A stretch of 64,000 bases of DNA from the NCBI RefSeq assembly GCF_009914755.1, contig NC_060931.1; one strand, given 5' to 3'. Of the stretch, positions 55,936 through 64,000 are shown piece by piece. The stretch's first letter is position 1. Every line of letters starts with the position of its first letter. The position numbers and the translations under genes are program-made. Under the pieces are notes generated by a model, which was given only the letters and a program-made list of their open reading frames with translations, made no database searches and was not told the DNA's origin. The stretch is from the human T2T-CHM13v2.0 reference genome, Homo sapiens.

Positions 55936-56121
55936 GGATTCAAGCATCAGGGGACTCATCATATTGACTGGGCCTTTAAAACATCCAAACATCCCAATAA
56001 TACCAGGATTCAAGCATCAGGGGACTCATCATATTGACTGGGCCTTTAAAACATCCAAACATCCCAATAATATCAGGATTCAAGCATCAAGGGACTAATC
56101 ATGTTGACTGGGCCTTTAAAA
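55930..56121. repeat. 70-bp tandem repeat, ~2.7 copies
   Basis: taccaggattcaagcatcag... units at 55931, 56001 and 56071; first two identical. Confidence 0.95.
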
Positions 56122-58060
56122 TCCTTCTCTGTCCCAAGATACTATGTTTGTGTTTTTGTGAGAGGTTGCCTTCTCTTCTCACCATCTTCATAAGTCAAGT
56201 AGCTATCCCCCAAATTTCCCTTATCTCCCTCAATCATCTGTGCTACAGCTATTCCTTATGGAATTATTTGCCCTCTCTAGAGCACATTTATACTCTCAAC
56301 CTGTGTCATCTTTCAATAAATTTTCAAATTCCTCTGCTTCCAAGCAGAAGTTCTTTTCATACGTCTTATCTCAAACTATGTTATTTGAGATTTTGAAAGG
56401 GTTACTCATAATTCTATTATTCCAGCAATAACGACTATATTAACATAATATTCTTCCCTACATCATAAGTGGTGCTCACAAATTCTCTTGGCCCTCATAT
56501 TTCCTGACTAGAAATTCTAATATTGTCTTCCCTGATATGAATAATTTTTATCTGAATATTTTCTAGGCCCCTTATACTTTCTTTGAGATGTGACAACTAG
56601 AACTATGTGCTGCATTCCAGGTGTGGCTACCCACTGTTTCATATGTAATAGATGTGTTTTACTTTCCATATGATAATCAGCATTACAAAAAACGAATTCT
56701 CAGAATGACTTACTACAAAATGCTAGGTTCATTTTGCAAATCACATTGATAACTGAGAAATATCATTATAGTTTCACTTATTTTGAACCAATCCTCAGTC
56801 TTCATGATAAACACGCAGGAAAGCTGTGAGTCTGTCAGCGAGGGCTTGTCTGCCTCCTGGATTCTTCAAGCAGCCCTATGAACTCCAAGATAGGAGAAAC
56901 ACTTGACTCTGGCAATGACGTCATTTTTCTTCACTTAAAAAAAAGGCTAGGTTACTATGTAAATTCTATAGCTTCCTTCATTCCTGCTTATTCAATCATT
57001 TATTTAGTATTTACAATAGATCCAATATTCATTTTTGGTAGCCTCACATTCTTTAATGAATCACGCAATCTGGCTTCTGCTTCTACACTAAAATATCATG
57101 GGAAGAGATGATCAGAACTGTAGAAGTCTTTTAGAAAGAGCCTCACAGTGCAATGCTTATACTGTGGCCCCTGTGTGTGCTGCCATACTCCTGAAGATCC
57201 ATAACACAGCTACTCCTCTGGCCCCTGACATCAGGTCAGCATTCTGCCTTGGAATTCTTTGGCTTTTCCCTTCGCCCTTTGGTTTCATTCTGGTTAGGTT
57301 TAGGCTGATGTTCTCTTCTTGTATGCCACTTGGAGTGGTAAGTCCTGCACATTGACCTATTTGTTGGTAGCTGGTTGTAGCCACTGCAAAGATCTGAATC
57401 TTAAGGGCTTAGAGTACTAATTTTCAATCTCATTACCGCACTTCATGAAGCACTTCTCAGTTAGTGCTTTATTTTAAGTGAAATTAAAAACTTTTTTCAT
57501 GTTTAAATAGTCTATGAAATCTTTTCCTTACAAGGTGATTATTTCTGAAACACTGATGAACTGCTGAATAATGAACTATATATTCCTTAAGATTTAGAAT
57601 TCACTTCTGTACCACTTGGCATCTAACCCAGCATCTGCTACATAGTAGGCACCAAACAAATATTTGGATGAATAATTGAGGGGAAGTTAAAGCATAAGCT
57701 CTGAGAATATAGTCATTTTTATTTGTCTAAACTTAATGTCCATGTCTTTAAAAACTGGAGATAGGACTACAACTGGTTTTCATAGCTAGCTAACAGAATT
57801 GCCCAGGGGAAGGGGTTGGAGCTTGACTAAAGTACAGATTCCTGTGTTGACTTCATGAATCAGAATATCTAGAGGTAGAGACTGGGATTCTATAGTTTTC
57901 ATAAGAGGAGCAGTTACAATGCAACCAGTTCACATGGAACCAGATAATTTCTAAGGCCCCTTCAGCAAAAGCATTCTTAGATTCAAATATTAACTAGCTA
58001 ACTGATAAGGAATGTCTTTACTAATGCTATTATGACTTGCCTTTTGTCATCCTCATTCAG

Positions 58061-58257
58061 ACCATGCTGAGCCGGTTGGTGATTTCTCCAACAGGGAAGC
58101 TTCCTTCCAGAGGCCCTAAGCATTTGAAGCTCACACCTGCTCCCCTCAAGGATGAGATGACCTCATTGGCTCTGGTCAATATTAATCCCTTCACTCCAGA
58201 GTCCTATAAAAAATTATTTCTTCAATCTGGTGGCAAGAGGAAAATAAGAGGAGATCT
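58061..58257 (+). CDS. WEE2: WEE2 exon 2 (TMLSRLVISP...NINPFTPESY...KRKIRGDL), contains the Wee-box
   Basis: Acceptor cattcAG; donor CT|GTAAGT; 197 nt; NINPFTP Wee-family motif. Confidence 0.95.
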
Positions 58258-60073
58258 GTAAGTGCTCTATTACTTATGACTTTTGAGAACTGACCCTACT
58301 ACAGTCAAGTAGTAAGAAGTGAGTGTTAAAGTAAGATTAGGAACGAGAACTCTATTTGAATGAAATGTGTATGCTTACATATTCTCCCCTTCCTAGATAT
58401 CAATGCTGGTTTTACCTGCTTTATCACAGAGATTCCAACATCTTTCCATTCTGATATGTACTGTAGATGCTTTCTCTATAAAAGGATAAGACAGAATAAG
58501 CAATAGATCTCTGGCTTCTATTAGGAAGTTGAGTGGGCTATGGAATTGCATTCAAGGGGTCCCCTCTGGTTAATATGAGGCTGGCAGTTGGGGAACGTGT
58601 AGCTCAAACTTCAAAGAGTACGTTGCTGCTTTGAGTCTTGTGTGACTAGTGATGAAAGCTATAGAGCAAGGATTTGAACTTCTCTGTGGGTGATGGAAGA
58701 TTGGCTGAAGCAAAAAAGCATTGCTTTCAGAGCTGCTAAAGAATAGAAAGCCAAACTGTACTATTCCATAAAGGGCCCTGAATGACAGAAATCATCCAAA
58801 TAAGGATTGTGCATATTACTCAGGAACATTACTATGTCTCTCCAAGGCTTTTTTATAGAATGGAATCGCCTCCAAAGTGGGGCAGTCATTTATGTTCATA
58901 TGTACTCAGCGAAATAAATGGACAGCTAACAATGTAAACTTTGCAGAGCATTTAATGTGCTACGTCAAGTTGTTTCTTTGGAGTCAATGAGTATGTGTTA
59001 ATCAGTCTTTGACCAGAATAGGTTCTCTCAACACTATCTCCTTCTTACTTAAATAAACAGGACTTCAGCACAAGTCCACCCACCTACTTTGGCTACCAAG
59101 AATTCGATTGGTTTTAGTTCTTAAGGAGTCTCTGTAAATCATTATACTCTCACTGAAGCCAGCAACAAAGACAGCTAATATGAAATCCTGACACTTTTGT
59201 AGCGTCATTTGGTGCTTCTAAGAGAGTATTTTTCCTTATTTTTATAATTTATAAACACTTCATAAAGTATTACAATGTGGTACTAAATCACAAATACCAA
59301 GCATTGATTTATTTCCATGAATGTAGTGCCTTCCATTTGCCATTTCTACCTTGTGTTTCTCCAAAAGAAAAATCTATAGCTAGTTGAAATCTTGCTTAAG
59401 GATCCAGAATACAAGTATGCATGGCAAAGAGGATGTCTGCTGGTCACTTAGCTTATCGAAGAGTAATTGAAAATATCTCATCCCGGGTTAGAGCAGATTC
59501 TGCCCTACTTGCAGTCTACCTGTGAACCGATTACAAAGCCAGATTCTAGGGGAGGGGTGGGTGTCAGAAAGAGAGTGTGGTGTGGCAGTGAGGAGCAAAT
59601 GCTTTGGTGTCAGACCTGGCTCCAAGTCCCAGTTCTGCCACTTGCTAATTGTTTGACCTAGAGTTATTTAACCTCTCTCTGTCTTGGTTTCCTAGTTTGG
59701 GGATAAAGATACCCATTTAACAGTTGCACATATGTTCTGTGCTCTCTTGCTCCAGCACATGGTGTTTTACCTGCTGAAAACCTCACTCGTTTCCCTTAGC
59801 TAGTTCCTACTCGTTCCCAGAATCTTGGCTTATATATTCTCTCTTCTGGGAAAGCTTTTCACTCTTGAAATAATTGAGTGCTGTCCATGGTATCCTTGTT
59901 ATCTTATCCAGTTCTAGGTTCTTGTATTGAAATTTCCTGGTTATCCCTGCCTCCACATATAAACCGAAGAGAAATGAATTGTCTTATTTACTCTTACATC
60001 CCTAGAACCTAGCATAGTTCGGCCTCAATAAATATTAATTATATATTGATAAACTTTTTTTTTCTTTTTTAAG

Positions 60074-60119
60074 TGAGGAAGCTGGTCCAGAGGAAGGCAA
60101 GGGAGGGCTGCCTGCCAAG
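60074..60119 (+). CDS. WEE2: WEE2 exon 3 (EEAGPEEGKGGLPAK), 46 nt
   Basis: Long T-tract + AAG acceptor; donor AAG|GTAAGC; restores frame between exons 2 and 4. Confidence 0.9.
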
Positions 60120-60164
60120 GTAAGCGTAGTTCTTTGTCCCAGCGGCCACAATATAGGCAGTTTA

Positions 60165-60405
60165 TCCTATTCTTTCTCTTCTTCCCCTCCCCTTCTCCCT
60201 CTCTCTCCTCCCTCCTCCCTTCTTCCCTACCCTCCCTTTTCTCCTTCCTCACCCTCCCCTCCTCTCCTTCACCCTGCACCCTCCCTCCCCTTCTTCTACC
60301 CTCTCCTTCTGCCCTTCTCCTTCTGCCCTCTCTTCCCCATCTCCCCTCCTCCCCTCCTTTCTCCTACTCTCCTTCTCTCCTCCCCTCCCCATCTCACCCC
60401 ATCTC
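60165..60405 (+). repeat. CT-rich polypyrimidine low-complexity tract
   Basis: ~240 bp, almost purely C/T. Confidence 0.95.
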
Positions 60406-62923
60406 ACACGCTAGCTTTGTAAATGTGCTTTGCAGCTGAATTTATCTGGACCCTAGTCAGGGTCTGTGTTCTCAGCTAGTTGTAACTCTGCCAGGCAGTG
60501 TCTGATATGTATATGCTGGATCATTACTTTAGAGTAATTTTAAAATTACATATTTCTGCTACTATTTTAATCTGGAGAAAAACTCTACACTCATGGGGTA
60601 GAGAAGTGAAGGGAAAATTAAGATATTTTTGGTCTCAAAATAGAAAAAGATAATGGAAAAAAGGGGCATAGAGCCAGAGATTTATATGTAAAATTTTAGC
60701 TCTTAAATGTATCAATATTTGATTTTATAATGTTCACAATCTTTGATCCATCCCTCATTTGATAATCTAACCTAAGAAAATAATACTGCAAACATTATCC
60801 TTAGAGATGTTTATTGTAACAGCAAAAAAGGGGGGAGACCAAATGCCTGATAATAGAAAAATGGCTAAGCTAATTACAGTTTTAAGTCAGTGAAATATTA
60901 AATTGCCATTAAGATGTTTATAACACCTTGAAAACATGCGTATGTTAATGTTTAGTGTGCAAAAGACTCAAAATTTTATACGCTGAATGACCATAACTAT
61001 CTATTGCACATTAATCACAGGGAGAATGAAATGGAGCTATAACCACTGCTATTTCAACATTTTTGAATGGTGGAAACTTCATATTTGTTTTTCCTTTAAA
61101 TTTTTAAAGTTTTCTGAAGCAAGTTTTATTTGCGTAAATAAATATGTTAATATGTTAAAATGTTAGCACTTGGCTATTGTAAACATCACAGAAAAGGCGG
61201 CCACTGGCACAGGTGTTCCTTCAAATGCAAATGTTTCTGACTTATGCCTCCATTATTTTACTGTTGGATTTTATTCCTCACTTATTTTATAATTTATCTC
61301 TTGATTTCAGATAGAAATTCTAATATTTATTGAACATTAAATAAGTGCAAAGCATTGTATTTAGTTACACCCTTTAAGGAAAAACATCTGGCCAAACAGG
61401 AGTTAAAACCTTTGAAATTTCAAAACAATCTATATGTAAATTAGAAGCTATGAGATATATGTATTTGTGTATATGTGTATGTACATATGTGCAATGTGAA
61501 TATACATATGCGTGTATATCTTTAAAATCTAGAAGAGGTTAGTAAATACTTCTATGAAATAGAGCTTGGGTAGGAAGAGATTGTATATTAAGATAATTTT
61601 AGGCTAAGGAAGTAAATAACTTTTAATGCTATCAAGGCAGGAGAACAGAGTTCAGGTGTAAGAGGGGTATGGTGGGTGGGGAGTGGTCAGGGATAGATGC
61701 AGATGGTATACTGGCTTCATTGGTATCTAGGGGGAGGGTAGTCAAGTAGTGAGTGCGCAGTTGGTAGAAGGTCTTGAGGCTTTCTTATCAAGAGTTTGAA
61801 TTTCTCATGGGAAACAATTAGGCATCTCTGATTCTGTGGTATCATTTTGCAAAAATAATTCTTACTATTAGAAGAGTTAAAGAGAGGGCTGGTAGCTGTA
61901 GCCAATCCAGACAAGAAGGGAACAGAGCTTGAGACTGGCTAAGGGTAATGAAAATTAAGAGATCTTGCTGATGAAAGTGACCAGAATTAGATGTTGAAAA
62001 TGAGGAAGTAGTAAAACCCAAGATTTTTCAAACTCATAAAGTTGGAGAAAAATTCTTCAGGATTGGGACACTGAGAAAAGATGACTTTGGGAGATAAATC
62101 AGCTTGGATTTAGATTCATATAAATTTATGGAGATTTTTGGTCATAATAGTTTAATGAGAATTTACTATGTACTTGACACTATCCTAAGATATATTACAA
62201 TATATGTAATACTGTATATTCTCATGTAATATTTAAAAGAACCCTGAAGAGTGTTGCCATGATCTTCATCCTACAGATAGGAAAACTGAAAGGAGTTCAG
62301 ATTGGCCTGGGGTTATTTACTACCTGGGCAATGAATGATGTTGCTAGTTGGCCAGTAGCGGGAGTGGTTGCTAGACCTGAGCACATAGTCTGAACTAACC
62401 AAAATTGTCAAAGTTTGACAATTTTGACAAAATCATTTCTCCAGGCTGGTATTTTTGGGAAAAGAAACAGAAAACAAGTATGCTTATTCAGCTTGAGATG
62501 GAAACATTAGCATTCAGACTTTAAGACACATAAAGAAGGGGGGTCTTTCATTTCTTTTAATTTGCTCCACCCAGGTCCCAGTTATTCTTTGAACTAAGGA
62601 CAGTAGCTCTGGGAGTGAGAAGTTTTGTCCCCTTAGGAACATGTAGAAAAGAACAGTATGCCCAGATAGAGAAAAGAATATTGAAAAATAAGTGAGAATT
62701 GTCAGTATAGGGTTGTACAGAAGGTTACAAAGAAAACAAAGAAGATAGTCAGCAATTGGGGAGATTCTTGCTACCATGAATATTGACCCAAGTAGAATTC
62801 ATTGCAGTCACCTCAAAAGTCTTTTTGAAAACTTGGAGCAACTTAGGACTGTAATACTGTTTAATTTTATTGCTTACAACATGGTAGAATTACTCTAATT
62901 TCCTTTTTATTAAAATACTTTAG

Positions 62924-63096
62924 AGATGTGTTTTACGAGAAACCAACATGGCTTCCCGCTATGAAAAAGAATTCTTGGAGGTTGAAAAAATTGGGGTTGG
63001 CGAATTTGGTACAGTCTACAAGTGCATTAAGAGGCTGGATGGATGTGTTTATGCAATAAAGCGCTCTATGAAAACTTTTACAGAATTATCAAATGA
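62924..63096 (+). CDS. WEE2: WEE2 exon 4, start of kinase domain (RCVLRETNMASRYEKEF...IGVGEFGTVYKC...YAIKRS)
   Basis: Acceptor tttAG; donor GA|GTGAGT; 173 nt; Gly-loop GxGEFG and the AIK catalytic lysine; gene continues beyond the window. Confidence 0.95.
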
Positions 63097-63168
63097 GTGA
63101 GTACCTTTGAAATGCACTAAAAATATAAACTTAGATTTGGAGAGTTGTTTCTTGTCAAATTATTTTAA

Positions 63169-63600
<432 letters not shown>

Positions 63601-64000
63601 AATCATGATGTGGTGTTTTGTTTTGTTTTGTTTTTTTGTGGCTTTTACTTTCTACTGCTGGTCTTTCTGACTTTTTAAAAAATGAATAGATTTGTGGAAT
63701 TGTCCTCTGGTGTCTGTTTCATTTATCAGAAATATTACCAAATAGAAAGTTATTATAAAGTCACTGGTTTATCTTTACTTTACATTAACAATGAATTCAA
63801 TAGTAAAGTTTCAGAGACTACATGCAAGGGAAAATGAAAGTTTGTTTGATTCCCAGAACTGTTCAAAAGTTCTTCCTTAATCACAAGGAAAACACATATT
63901 TTCAGATCAGCCAAGGCTTTTTATGAACTGTGAGGATATACTTAACATGCAGAATCTAGAATTGCAGGTTTTATACAGGTTTTAGAATTCCTCTTTTTTT

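Noticed and set aside
55930-56121. Regularly spaced repeats resembling a CRISPR array
   Set aside because: Eukaryotic context, identical 'spacers' and no cas genes; it is a simple tandem repeat

Overview
Human (primate) genomic DNA, recognisable as the chr7q34 DENND11 (KIAA1147/LCHN) - WEE2 locus. The minus strand carries the complete 9-exon DENND11 gene. I assembled it by hand from GT-AG junctions: 268+100+159+154+139+132+151+69+196 = 1368 nt = 455 aa + stop. It has a CpG-island promoter near 46.0 kb and a ~5.9 kb 3'UTR. The plus strand carries the TATA/E-box promoter and the first four coding exons of the oocyte kinase WEE2 (truncated by the window end). The antisense lncRNA WEE2-AS1 probably ends near 48.2 kb. 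The rest is intronic or intergenic DNA rich in Alu, L1, L2/MIR, MaLR LTRs and Tigger-family DNA transposons; most ORFs in the track are spurious. I see no evidence for a new multi-gene system. The best second-look items are: (1) a CFTR-like (TG)14T5 acceptor on frameshifting DENND11 exon 4; (2) a stop-free 132-nt in-frame intron; (3) an antisense MST LTR with an intact splice donor inside WEE2; (4) a near-pristine AluYe5-like insertion; (5) a G-rich 30-bp VNTR in the CpG island; (6) a candidate 5'UTR splice acceptor in WEE2.
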